In this document: one piece after another, positions 46,645 through 56,966 of the stretch
Layout: each line of letters opens with the position of its first letter
Numbering within the stretch: position 1 is the first letter of the stretch
IMG/VR virus record: IMGVR_UViG_3300032307_000691
Direction: 5' to 3' (one strand)
DNA length: 63,121 nt
From: a virus
Lineage: Duplodnaviria > Heunggongvirae > Uroviricota > Caudoviricetes
Notes under the pieces: generated by a model
Databases searched by the model: none
Seen by the model: only the letters and a program-made list of their open reading frames with translations
Told to the model about the DNA's origin: nothing
Position numbers and translations under genes: made by a program

Positions 46645-46832
46645 TATAATTCTGTTTTCTTTAACCCGAAATATTCAAAAATAAACTTGGAAGGACAGAA
46701 CTTCGTCCATACTCCAACATTCAACATAAGGATTACAAATCCGATAACCCACCAATTGTTTAATACCAATCCCGTTAAAAGGACCAATGACATAAGTAGG
46801 TATACTGCTCTAATAGATGACCAATTTTTCAT
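46644..46832 (-). CDS. DUF2892/YgaP-like small membrane protein
   Basis: Two TMs followed by FCPS. Confidence 0.6.
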   Translation of the reverse strand: MKNWSSIRAVYLLMSLVLLTGLVLNNWWVIGFVILMLNVGVWTKFCPSKFIFEYFGLKKTEL

Positions 46833-46882
46833 AATAGTATGTGTTTAATAGATAAATAGTTGAAATAAGGTTAAACCTTGAA

Positions 46883-47146
46883 TTATTTTTTATTCAACTC
46901 TCTATACTTCAGGTACACACCAACAAAGAATGCCAACCCACCTGAATACACCACACACTCCTCATATGAACATCCAAGTAATCCAAGGATAATGAATGAG
47001 ATTGACATTGAACCAAGTATCATCCAAAAGAACTTTATAATATGGTGCACAATAAGAAACGGTAAAACCATAATGACAATCAGTGCACTTACAATATAAC
47101 TAAGAAGAGTAATGACCTTATCTTTCATATGATATAAATAGAACAA
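46883..47146 (-). CDS. Small membrane protein
   Basis: Hydrophobic. Confidence 0.5.
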   Translation of the reverse strand: MFYLYHMKDKVITLLSYIVSALIVIMVLPFLIVHHIIKFFWMILGSMSISFIILGLLGCSYEECVVYSGGLAFFVGVYLKYRELNKK

Positions 47147-47160
47147 TACAAGGGTTCGGA

Positions 47161-47195
47161 TTTTTTGAAAAATTTCCGGAAAATTCTGGAAACGG
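47161..47195. repeat. TTCYGGAA repeats, 10-bp period, left of the HNH gene
   Basis: TTCCGGAA 47174, TTCTGGAA 47184. Confidence 0.6.
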
Positions 47196-47236
47196 TTTTA
47201 CCCCTGCTTTCGGATTTTTAGATTTTTTCCCAAAAA

Positions 47237-48349
47237 TTATTTTTTTAGATTTCTTCTTTGATTTTTTGACTGTTCGGAATTTGTTGCCCATCTAAGATTG
47301 TTAATTTCGTATGGACCATCATTATCAATTCTATCTAATGAATGTTCGGGACTTGGTTGGGGTCCTAAAATGTTATGAATATCATCTATATAATTTTTAC
47401 AACCCACACCATCCGGTATTCTCCATCTTTCACATACCGTTATTCCTCTACCTCCATAATTCTTATATGGTTTAATTTTAGGATTATAACAACGACTAAT
47501 CATAAATCTCCATCTATCATACCATTTACGTTGAAAATCATCATTTTTTGATGTAAGTCCATGTTTAGTTGACTGTTCTCGTTGAAGACATCCGCAAGAT
47601 TTTGTAAGCGTAATCGTTTTTCTTTTAATATCTTTAATTGTTCCACATTCACATTGTACAGTAAAGACTTTTTCATTTCCTGTACCGATTTCTGATATAA
47701 TGGTTAATCTGTGATGTTTGTACCCTATTTTATATATTTTCTCTCTTGGAGGTTTTTTATTCAGTTCACGTTCTATACGTTTTTGTTTTCTAATCTCCTC
47801 CAACTCTCTTTTCTTTATATCCCTTTCTACTCGTTTTAACTCCGAAGTCTCTTGTTTTAATTTCCATGTGCAACCACAATCTTTTATTGCCTTTTTAAGA
47901 CTTGTTAGTTTACTACTAACCACCTCTTTTGTTCCACCACATTCACATTTACATAAGAAAACTTTATTTTTTGTACCACCATTGGTAACATGGTAACCCA
48001 CAAATTCTATAACTGTTAATTTATTATACACATCCCCAATTTGAATGTGTTTAATTTTTTTTCTTTCAATATCATTTCTATCTAAGACATCAATAATCCT
48101 TTCATCTCCGATTCCTAATTCCATTCCGGTTTTTTCTACAGTACCGAGCTCATTGTATTTTGATATTATATAATCATCAGTATATTTTTTTATTTCACCA
48201 TTAACAGGAACCTTATATAATCGGATAATCTTTAGTACTGTAGGGCCGGTTAACCCAAATTCTACTCCGGTCTTTACCGCGTTACCGGTTTTTTTATAAT
48301 ACTCTATAAGTTTTTCTTTATCAATTCTATTGGTCTTTATATTTTTCAT
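47237..48349 (-). mobile_element. Free-standing HNH homing endonuclease with duplicated Cys-rich DNA-binding repeats
   Basis: LTVIE...CKCECG...CGC twice; SLDRIDNDGPYE..NLRWAT; likely start MKNIK. Confidence 0.85.
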
Positions 48350-48350
48350 A

Positions 48351-48426
48351 AAAATTCTGGAAATTTTTTTTTCTAATATACCCAAAAAACCCGATTTTTC
48401 AAAAAAATTCCGGAAAAATCCGGAAC
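48351..48426. repeat. TTCYGGAA repeats right of the HNH gene
   Basis: TTCTGGAA 48355, TTCCGGAA 48408, ATCCGGAA 48418. Confidence 0.6.
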
Positions 48427-48429
48427 GCG

Positions 48430-48535
48430 GCATTGACCCCCCTTTTTAACCCCCCCAAAAACCCTTAAATTAAGGGGGGATACGGGAGGGGGGAGGGGTA
48501 CACCCCTATGGTGGGGGGTAGATGTAGGGGGGTTT
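48430..48535. other. C-tract / G-tract divergence element (candidate origin or genome terminus)
   Basis: C runs left and G runs right of CCCTTAA-A-TTAAGGG (48462-48476); gene orientation diverges here. Confidence 0.45.
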
Positions 48536-48721
48536 GCCAATCAAATTCAAAAATCCATCACAGGGGAGCATTTCCTGTGGAACTTGCCAAACAAATTATT
48601 TCCTGTCCCGTCTGTCCCCGAAAAAAACTTTCTTATTTGGCAAAAAAAAATATAAAAAATAGTTGGTTATATGTTTTTTTGTGTATCTTTGATATACCAA
48701 ACAATTAAAAACTATTCAAGT

Positions 48722-49237
48722 ATGAACAAAATGAAAATCGGTCGTGAGGAATTGATTACAATCCTCAACCAACAAGAAAAAGGAACTTTTGTAAACTTGG
48801 TTACTGAAACCAAAGTAAGAATGAACAAAAGGAACAACCCTTACTTTGACAAAATTGTAAAGAGGTCAAAGTGTAACTACCTTTTGGGTATGGATTACCA
48901 ACAACGAGTAAGGAACAACGAAGAAAAAGAAGGACTACAACCCGACTTCGTTACCGAAGAATGTAAGGTAGGGGAACACATCAGTAAGTGTGTATTGTTC
49001 AACGAAAAGTTAAACTCTCACTATGTAATGGTGGAAAGGTTTGGAGAAATTAAACCACAAGTGGAGTACACCTTTGAGGGTAACGAAATTGACAAAGGTT
49101 TGTTTGAGGACTTTATGGTAAAGTACACCGAAAGTAAGAAACAAGAACAAGAACGAAAAGTGAATGTTCTAACTTTCAAAGTGGAAAACATCAAGGAAAT
49201 GTCTTTGAACGGAAACCACTACGAAATTGGGGAGTAA
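48722..49237 (+). CDS. Hypothetical early protein
   Basis: Start moved to MNKMKIG downstream of the promoter. Confidence 0.75.
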   Translation: MNKMKIGREELITILNQQEKGTFVNLVTETKVRMNKRNNPYFDKIVKRSKCNYLLGMDYQQRVRNNEEKEGLQPDFVTEECKVGEHISKCVLFNEKLNSHYVMVERFGEIKPQVEYTFEGNEIDKGLFEDFMVKYTESKKQEQERKVNVLTFKVENIKEMSLNGNHYEIGE

Positions 49238-49541
49238 CTTCCCCACTTATGAGAAACCAACCCTCACCCGAAAAGGTGGGGGTTTTTTATTTATGGAATT
49301 TTTCGTCAGAACCTTCCATCGGGAAATTAGTTTGGCAATCACGGGAAGATGTGACTCAGATGACCTTCCATCCGGAAATTAGTTTGGCAACCATAGTATT
49401 TGTCATACATATATGGGTATAGATTGCCAATCAATTTTTGACCGGGTCTTCCTCCTTCAGAAAAAAAATAAAAAAAAGTTGAAAATAAATTTGTGTATTC
49501 AAGAATTAGTTTTATATTTGTATAAACAAAACCGAACAATT

Positions 49542-49739
49542 ATGAAGTATCTATTGAAATTCGTATTACAAACAATGGTAATGTTGTTTGTTGTTACACC
49601 CGTATTCATTGCGTATGTTATTTGGGAATGGAAACTCCCCGACACCGAGATTTACCGATTGTATCATCGGTCAACAAAAAGATTTGTGTGGGTTATGGGT
49701 GGAAAGTATCAACCCAAAATGAAACCGAGTAGATTTTAG
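49542..49739 (+). CDS. Small membrane protein
   Basis: MKYLLKF... TM. Confidence 0.6.
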   Translation: MKYLLKFVLQTMVMLFVVTPVFIAYVIWEWKLPDTEIYRLYHRSTKRFVWVMGGKYQPKMKPSRF

Positions 49740-50008
49740 TTGTGTAGTTTGATTGGTTAATTGGTGGAAACCCTCATCAGAAATGGTGGGGGTTTTTTCT
49801 TTGTGTGAAGATTATTTCCCGCAGCAGGTTCACCTGCTATTTGTTTGGCAATTATGGTATTACACACAACCCTTGCCAATCAATATTAAAGTATTTTTTC
49901 TTCCGGCCCCGTCAAAAAAATTTCTCAAGTTGGCAAAAATAGTTTCATTTTTATTTGGAATATAATTGTATTAGTTTTATATTTGATTAACCAATTAAAT
50001 TATTTATT

Positions 50009-50446
50009 ATGAAAACAAGAAACGAAGATTATCAAGAGTTCAAAGATTTCAGTGGAAAAATGATGAGTGATTTCGCTGAAGCGATTAATGATGGTGATGT
50101 TATCCCACAAGATTTACCAAAACGAATGTTGGTGATGTTGTTGGAAGATGAAGATGGTGAGTATTGTACCGCCGGTGGTGGTTTAACGGGTACACCACTT
50201 GACATCGTGATTATCCCCGACATTATGGGTAAAGTTCAAAGAGATGGAAACCGAATCGTTTGTGTAATGGAAATGGTTTTCAACGAAGAAAAGATGAAAG
50301 CGAATTTTGTTTTCGTTTGTGAATTGGGTGAAGAAGAAGAAAAGTACACCGAAACACACACTTTCAAAATTAATGAAGGTGAAATGTACATTGATGAAAA
50401 CGGAGAACTTGTTTATCCTTTATCCGTTATGGAATTAGTCGAGTAG
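50009..50446 (+). CDS. Acidic hypothetical protein
   Basis: 145-aa ORF behind a promoter. Confidence 0.75.
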   Translation: MKTRNEDYQEFKDFSGKMMSDFAEAINDGDVIPQDLPKRMLVMLLEDEDGEYCTAGGGLTGTPLDIVIIPDIMGKVQRDGNRIVCVMEMVFNEEKMKANFVFVCELGEEEEKYTETHTFKINEGEMYIDENGELVYPLSVMELVE

Positions 50447-50743
50447 GTTTGTTTTTGGTTAGGTGGAAGCCCCAATCAGTAATGGTTGGGGTTTTTTTAT
50501 GCGCTAATGTGTGCACTGGAGCTGCACAGTTGCAGCTCTTCATTTTGTTTGGCAAGAAGAATGTAGATAAAATAAGGGTTTCCCTTGCCAAACTATTTTG
50601 ACAGTGCGCAGCCCTTGAGCTGCTCGTAGCTGCGCTACACCAGTGCACTTATCTTAATAGCGCGTAAAAATGTACCGAAATTAGTATTGTGTATATCATA
50701 GTATGTGTTGTATATTTGGATAAACCAAAACGGAAACATTAAA

Positions 50744-51334
50744 ATGAAAAAGTATCTATTTGTATTTGGAGTAGTTGCTCTCGCAAGTTGTGAAGTTCAA
50801 CAATGGAAGTTTGATGAGGGTATGAAGTATGGAACATCCCTTACTCTTAAAAACAATACCTACGGAGTTAATGACTTTAAAGTTGGTGAAGTTGGAGCGT
50901 ATGTAGTATCCTCTGGTAGTATTGATTACGGACGTAACCTCGGAAGTTCGTGGTATTTCAATGAGTACGAACCTTCATTAAGTAACGGAACATTTAATTC
51001 GGAATTACTTACGAAGTTGTACCAAGATAGTATTGGTACTATTACCTTCAATGAAAACGGAAGTGGAGAACTGAACATTACGAACCAAGATTCCCTGACG
51101 ACAGCAGTGAAATTCATTTGGCAAGTTCAAAAGGAAACCCAAAATGGTACTTACCTATCTATGGAGTTTGAACCTACTACTATTACTACTTATGTAACCT
51201 CGGAACCTTTGTATGTATTTGGGTACGAAAAAGTGGGGGACAATTTGTGGAAGTATGAAACTACTATGGACACTTATAGTGGTAGGTGGAAATGGCATGG
51301 TAACAAACTAATGAATGATGAGGGAGCTAAATAG
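50744..51334 (+). CDS. Putative lipoprotein
   Basis: MKKYLFVFGVVALASC lipobox. Confidence 0.75.
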   Translation: MKKYLFVFGVVALASCEVQQWKFDEGMKYGTSLTLKNNTYGVNDFKVGEVGAYVVSSGSIDYGRNLGSSWYFNEYEPSLSNGTFNSELLTKLYQDSIGTITFNENGSGELNITNQDSLTTAVKFIWQVQKETQNGTYLSMEFEPTTITTYVTSEPLYVFGYEKVGDNLWKYETTMDTYSGRWKWHGNKLMNDEGAK

Positions 51335-51489
51335 CTCTCTTTTTTTTGCTCAAGATGCAAGAGATAAAATAGTTTGGCAACCATGTATCCTTGCCAATTA
51401 AATTTCGTACCATGCACTGAACCTTCAGAAAAATAAATTTGGTTTATCAAAAAAATAGTTTTATATTTGTATAAACAAAACCGAACATT

Positions 51490-51705
51490 ATGAAAGTAGT
51501 ATCAAGTAGAATTACCGAACAACCAAAAGGATTGTTTGACCCAATGCCGAAAGTGTACGTTACATTGGAGAATGGAGTAGAAGAATTTCTTTTTGAGTAT
51601 TATCCCGATGAGATTAGTTTCACACCGAATGAGTTTGTGGGTTTAACTATTGATGAGTGTAAACACCTCAAATTTGTGAAAGACAAGAATTACCTGACCT
51701 CCTGA
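51490..51705 (+). CDS. Hypothetical early protein
   Basis: 71-aa ORF behind a promoter. Confidence 0.7.
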   Translation: MKVVSSRITEQPKGLFDPMPKVYVTLENGVEEFLFEYYPDEISFTPNEFVGLTIDECKHLKFVKDKNYLTS

Positions 51706-51796
51706 GTCAGGGTTCAGGGTGGAAATTGGTTGGCAAAAAAAGATTTGGAATATCAAGAAAATAGATTTATATTTGTATAAACAAAACCAAACAACT

Positions 51797-52129
51797 ATGT
51801 CAGTAACACTCGAAATTTTGAAACCTCTTTGTGAAAGAGAGTTCGACCCAAACGAAACGTTAAAAGTATTAAGACACAATCCAACTATCTATTGGAGTTG
51901 GGGAGTTAGTAAACTTGCGAACATTTACAACAAAGGTTTACTAATGAAAGTAAACGGACACCACCACAAAGGGTATGTTTTTGTAACTTTGGGGTATGAA
52001 GATTTGTACAAGGTACATATTCTATCAACCCACGGAAACTTGAAACAGAGTTTCGATGGTATTTGGTTCGACATGTTGACCGAAGTAATCGACAACCGAA
52101 TCGAAAGAATTAAAGATTATGTAGTGTAG
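51797..52129 (+). CDS. Hypothetical early protein
   Basis: MSVTLE... behind a promoter. Confidence 0.7.
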   Translation: MSVTLEILKPLCEREFDPNETLKVLRHNPTIYWSWGVSKLANIYNKGLLMKVNGHHHKGYVFVTLGYEDLYKVHILSTHGNLKQSFDGIWFDMLTEVIDNRIERIKDYVV

Positions 52130-52410
52130 TGGATTGGTATTTAGGAGTTATTGAACTACTACACGAGAAGGGGATGAGCAATCATCCCTTTTTTTGTGCG
52201 CTTAATTGCTGCTGAAGTTGCTGTTTGAGCTGCTCATGCGCTCAGGGTTGATTTAGTTTGGCAACGAGAAGATTGTATGACACTTGCCAACCAAAGTTTA
52301 CTGCCGGCGTGACGGTGAAGTCCTCCTCAAAAAATATTTTAAAAAAAAAGAAAATAATTTTGGATATATTGAAATAATGCGTATATTCGTATTACAAAAC
52401 ACGAACAACT

Positions 52411-52704
52411 ATGATTAATGTTATTTTAAACACGACACCAAACGCTTACGGATTCGGGCGTGATTGGTACTTGAACGTTGAAACAAACAACGGAGTAAAA
52501 GAATTTCGACTTGGACAAGACGCGAAAGTATGTTCTCGTTTGTTAGGTATGACACCGAAACAAGTAACAAGTGAAATTGGAAGTAATGACTTACGTAAAA
52601 AAATTACTCGTAAGAAACTTGGGGAGTTTATCCTATACCGACTTGGGTTTACTTACGAAGATGAAATTGATTCCCTTGAACCTTGGGAGTTATCAGTAGA
52701 TTGA
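52411..52704 (+). CDS. Hypothetical early protein
   Basis: 97-aa ORF. Confidence 0.7.
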   Translation: MINVILNTTPNAYGFGRDWYLNVETNNGVKEFRLGQDAKVCSRLLGMTPKQVTSEIGSNDLRKKITRKKLGEFILYRLGFTYEDEIDSLEPWELSVD

Positions 52705-52882
52705 CCTTTTTGTTTTTTGTTTTTTTCATTTTGATTATTCCCCTCGGACTTTTAGTTCGGGGGGTTTTTTGTTTTAGAAGAATTCCCGCAGCAGGTCCGT
52801 CCCATCCGGAAATTTGATTGGCAAAAAAAGATTTGGTGTATAAGAATTATAGTTTTATATTTGAGTATAAAATCAAACGAAC

Positions 52883-53134
52883 ATGAATGACTTAGAAGTA
52901 ATGGAGTATTGGATGAAGAAAATCAACCAAGTACTCAAAGGTCGTATCATTAAATCGGTACGTTACCTTAACGACGAAGAAATGGAACTTATGGGTTGGT
53001 ACAAACGACCTATATGTTTTGAGTTGGACAACGGAACACTTTGTATTCCCTCAATGGATGATGAGGGTAATGATGGTGGAAGTTTATTCTACCAAGAAAA
53101 AGGTAAAGAGTTAGATTGTCTACCTGTCATTTAA
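52883..53134 (+). CDS. Hypothetical early protein
   Basis: 83-aa ORF, SMDDEGNDGG. Confidence 0.7.
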   Translation: MNDLEVMEYWMKKINQVLKGRIIKSVRYLNDEEMELMGWYKRPICFELDNGTLCIPSMDDEGNDGGSLFYQEKGKELDCLPVI

Positions 53135-53282
53135 GAAAGACCCCACGTAATGTGGGGTTTTTTTATGCCTGAGGGACTTGAGTCACGGTTCAGGGCAAAA
53201 ATTGGTTGGCAAAAATATTCTAAAATAAATTTGGAATATATTGGTATCAATATTATATTTGTATCAAATAAAGACTAAAACT

Positions 53283-53570
53283 ATGATTATTGAAGTACAA
53301 AATGAAAGCATTGGTTTACTTTGGATGGAAGCCAAGCACAAGGTTTATCGTGAATGTGGTAATAACCACATTTTTTTAGAACCAAGCATTAATTCGGAAG
53401 ATACCTTTATGGTAACAACACAAGGATTAACATTGAGAAGTTTCGGTACCCCAATCGGTCACGTTTGGAATGAGAATGGGGTTTGGAATCTACAAATCGA
53501 CACAATCACTTTTAACAACGTCTTGAATTTTTACAAGGAGCAGTTAGAAAAAGAAACTCTTAGTGTTTAA
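53283..53570 (+). CDS. Hypothetical early protein
   Basis: MIIEVQ... behind a promoter. Confidence 0.7.
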   Translation: MIIEVQNESIGLLWMEAKHKVYRECGNNHIFLEPSINSEDTFMVTTQGLTLRSFGTPIGHVWNENGVWNLQIDTITFNNVLNFYKEQLEKETLSV

Positions 53571-53732
53571 TTGACAACTATTTTAAATTACCCTCACCGA
53601 AAGGTGGGGGTTTTTTATGCCTGAAGGACTTGAGTCACGGTCCTGGAGGAAAATTGATTGGCAAAAATATCCTAAAATAAATTTGGAATATACAAGAAAT
53701 CGTATTATATTTGAGTATTAAACAAAACAACT

Positions 53733-53951
53733 ATGGAATTAGTAGGTAAAAGAATTATGATGATTAAGATGATGGACGACCCTCATCCAATCCCAAACGG
53801 AAGTATGGGAACAATCTCTCACGTCGGTGGTGATGTTATCAATGTTAATTGGGACAACGGGAGAACTCTCGGTGTTGTTATTGGTGTTGATGATTATCAA
53901 ATCATTGAGGAACTACCCGACAACAATCTTGTCTTTTCGGGAAATGTCTGA
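53733..53951 (+). CDS. DUF4314-like protein
   Basis: GKRI...DDPHPIPNGSMGT...VNWDNGRTLG. Confidence 0.75.
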   Translation: MELVGKRIMMIKMMDDPHPIPNGSMGTISHVGGDVINVNWDNGRTLGVVIGVDDYQIIEELPDNNLVFSGNV

Positions 53952-54057
53952 AGGGACCGCACACGGGTGGAATTAGATTGGCAAAAGATTCCACCCGATG
54001 TTTTGATATTCTAAAAATCGTTTGTATATTTGCATCCTTGTTTAATACATAAAACAC

Positions 54058-54405
54058 ATGTTAGTAAAATTAACTTATTACGGAACGGGTAAACCCACAT
54101 TAGTAAACCTCAGCAAGGTTGAGACAATCTATCAAGTAGCAGATAAGTTTCAACAAAAGCTCTCTACTAAAATTCTCTTCAATGGTGGTAACTACATCAA
54201 TGTAGAAGAAGACTTACAAACTATATTAGGGTTACAAATTGATGCAATGAATGGTCAACATCAGTCCACTAATTGGTCAAGTCCGAGTGTAGATGAATTG
54301 CTTGAGCAAGATTTCAACAAGAAAACATACGACACACGTCGTCCACGATACAACGACAATCGAAGAGAGTATTCAAAGAATGACCACTTCGCAAATCGTT
54401 ATTGA
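54058..54405 (+). CDS. Hypothetical protein (FlbD/SwrD-like N-terminal fold possible)
   Basis: LVNLSKVETI...TKILFNGG..I.VEE. Confidence 0.55.
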   Translation: MLVKLTYYGTGKPTLVNLSKVETIYQVADKFQQKLSTKILFNGGNYINVEEDLQTILGLQIDAMNGQHQSTNWSSPSVDELLEQDFNKKTYDTRRPRYNDNRREYSKNDHFANRY

Positions 54406-54661
54406 TTAGTTCATAGTTTAGTTTGGTTAGAAAGCCCTCATCAGAAATGGTGAGGGTTTTTTGTTGTATGACACTTTCACCAGCAACTTGAGTCACGGTT
54501 CCTGGTGGGATTTAGTTTGGCAACGTATGACACTTGCCAATCAATTTCCACTCAGGGCCCATCTGTCTCCTCCCTGAAAAAAAAGATTTAAATTTTTTAA
54601 AAATAAATTTGGATTATATGAAATATAGATTTACCTTTGTACTACATTAAAACAATTAATT

Positions 54662-55519
54662 ATGACTGAACAATCTAATCGAGTAGAAGAAGTCCTTAAT
54701 CAAACAGGTTTGAATTGGACTGTAAGACAAGAAGCTATCACTACAGAAAGTGGTATCATCGTTCCCAAACAAATGGCAGTAGTTCGTGAGGACACCAACA
54801 CAGTGCTAGCAGTGCATGGTGATGGTTACTTTCCTTATCAGAATCATCAGCTTATTGAATTGCTTGACAAAGTATCCAATCAAATTGGTTTACCTATTCA
54901 TCGTGGCGGTATGTTTGGTGATGGTGCTAAAGTATTCATTCAATTAAAATCAAATGATTTGAAGTTGGGTACTGACCGAGTTGAAGGTTACATCACTGGT
55001 GTGAATTCATTTGATGGCTCAACTAGTTTGGCATTTGGGCCAAGTAACATTACTATCAGTTGTCAGAATTCATTTTACGCAGCGTTCCGTAACATGGACA
55101 CTAAAGTTCGTCACACCAAGAACATGATTATGAGGGTTGATGAAATTTGCCGTGGTTTGGAAGGAGTTGTTCGTGAAGAAGCTGAAATGTTTGAGGACAT
55201 TAAGAAGATGAGTGAAACTCGTTTTTCTAAAGAAACAGAAGAATGGGTATCAAAACTATTGTTCAACATTTCAAGAGAAGTGAACATGCATGATGAGAAA
55301 GCGTTATCTACGGTTACACAAAATCGTTTGTCACGTTTCCACATCGACCTTAATGGTGAGTTGAAGGACAAAGGTGATAACCTTTGGGGTTTGTTTAGTG
55401 GAGTTACAAAGTACACTACTCACTCACTTACTAAAGGTGACAACTCTGAAAACAAGATGTTCGGTACTTACGGACAACGTGAAAGAGCAATCTTTAAAGA
55501 ATTGGTTGAGATGGTTTAA
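54662..55519 (+). CDS. DUF932 (phage/plasmid-like) protein
   Basis: GLNWTV, VREDT, QN, NSFDGS, ISCQN, RHTKN. Confidence 0.85.
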   Translation: MTEQSNRVEEVLNQTGLNWTVRQEAITTESGIIVPKQMAVVREDTNTVLAVHGDGYFPYQNHQLIELLDKVSNQIGLPIHRGGMFGDGAKVFIQLKSNDLKLGTDRVEGYITGVNSFDGSTSLAFGPSNITISCQNSFYAAFRNMDTKVRHTKNMIMRVDEICRGLEGVVREEAEMFEDIKKMSETRFSKETEEWVSKLLFNISREVNMHDEKALSTVTQNRLSRFHIDLNGELKDKGDNLWGLFSGVTKYTTHSLTKGDNSENKMFGTYGQRERAIFKELVEMV

Positions 55520-55882
55520 CCATATTGGTTAGTAAGGATAACCCCTGGTGTTTCTACATCGGGGGTTTTTTATGCTCTGAAGTGTGCGCTGGAGCTGCAG
55601 AGGTACGGCTAATGAATTAGTTTGGCAAGTTTTCATTGTCCTTTATCTCTCTATGTAGCGCATACATAAAGCCAAGAGTGCCAATTAAGCCAAAAAATAA
55701 ACACGTATATAATATTCCTTCTATCATAATAATAAGTATGGGTTTGCCAAACTAAATCCGACATCCGGGATACAGGTGATTGGTCATCGTATATATAATT
55801 TTGGTCAATGAAAAAAAATAAAAAATAATTTGGTTTATACAAAATATTGTTTTATATTTGTATGAACTAAAACAAACACGTT

Positions 55883-56272
55883 ATGTACGAATCAGTCAAA
55901 GAGTATTATCAGTTCATAAATGAATTGGAAAAACAAAAGGAAGAGTTCCTTTTAAAAACAAAGGAAAGTGTAAACAACCAAATGGATATCTATATGTCCG
56001 AACATGGTTGGACACGAAAGGGTAAAGGTCAAAAAGTAACCTACACCAAAAAGTTCAATGGTAAAGATGTGGTAATTGAGTTCCGTTGTAACTACCGAGA
56101 TGATTTCAGTAGTGGTGGTTTACCTGAGTTTGTACACGACAAGTCAATACCTAATAGTGTTGAAAAAGTACAAATGGGTTACTTTCATTGGAACGACTAC
56201 GACATGAGTGGTTGGAGTTTAGATGTGGTAATGGAACGGATGGAAGTCTTTTATGACAAGTACACGAAGTAG
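55883..56272 (+). CDS. Hypothetical early protein
   Basis: 129-aa ORF. Confidence 0.7.
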   Translation: MYESVKEYYQFINELEKQKEEFLLKTKESVNNQMDIYMSEHGWTRKGKGQKVTYTKKFNGKDVVIEFRCNYRDDFSSGGLPEFVHDKSIPNSVEKVQMGYFHWNDYDMSGWSLDVVMERMEVFYDKYTK

Positions 56273-56426
56273 GATGAAACCCTCACCCAAAAGGTGGGGG
56301 TTTTTTATTTACCTGAAAACTTGAGTCAGAGGCCCTGAGCGGAAATTGTTTGGCAAAAATAAATAAAAAAATATTTGGATTATACTGAAAATAGTTTTAT
56401 ATTTGTATAAACAAATCAGAACAACT

Positions 56427-56633
56427 ATGGCAAACAAGAAGTATCAAGTATTATCTCCCGATGGATTCACGTTGGAAAGAGATGTACCATTCTACACAAG
56501 TAGAAAGAAAGCTATTGAAGCTCTAACCAAGTGGAAAGAGAATTACCGAAAACAAGGTTACTATTCTTCGGTGAAGTATGGTCGTATCCATTTGGATGAC
56601 CTTATTGATTATTGTGAATTTAAAACCCTTTAA
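56427..56633 (+). CDS. Hypothetical early protein
   Basis: MANKKY... Confidence 0.7.
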   Translation: MANKKYQVLSPDGFTLERDVPFYTSRKKAIEALTKWKENYRKQGYYSSVKYGRIHLDDLIDYCEFKTL

Positions 56634-56643
56634 ATTTTAGAAC

Positions 56644-56964
56644 ATGGGAAATTTCAATCAATTATGTGTATGGGAGGGGACTCTCGTAGGTAAAGAAGAA
56701 ATCAAAACTTTTGAGAAGTTCTTCAAAAATGAAATGGGAACACGAGTAAAGTACATGGAGGAAATAGAAACCCTCCCAACTCCGGGTGAACCAAATACCG
56801 GTGGTCGTAACGATGTATTCTTCTATGTTCACGATGAGGACATTGATAAATTCGCCATTCCTCGTTTAACAATTGGTATTCGTTGGTGGGAAGATGTTCT
56901 TGGAAACGGAAACGGGGTTCTGTATCCTGAAAATGTATTGGCAAAATACCCTAAAACTTGGTAA
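56644..56964 (+). CDS. Hypothetical early protein
   Basis: 106-aa ORF. Confidence 0.7.
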   Translation: MGNFNQLCVWEGTLVGKEEIKTFEKFFKNEMGTRVKYMEEIETLPTPGEPNTGGRNDVFFYVHDEDIDKFAIPRLTIGIRWWEDVLGNGNGVLYPENVLAKYPKTW

Positions 56965-56966
56965 CT

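Noticed and set aside
8958-47996. Numerous short antisense or alternate-frame ORFs within long genes (e.g. 9199-9567, 12721-13158, 36541-36879, 45806-46135)
   Set aside because: Fully overlapped by well-supported genes and lacking motifs or start signals
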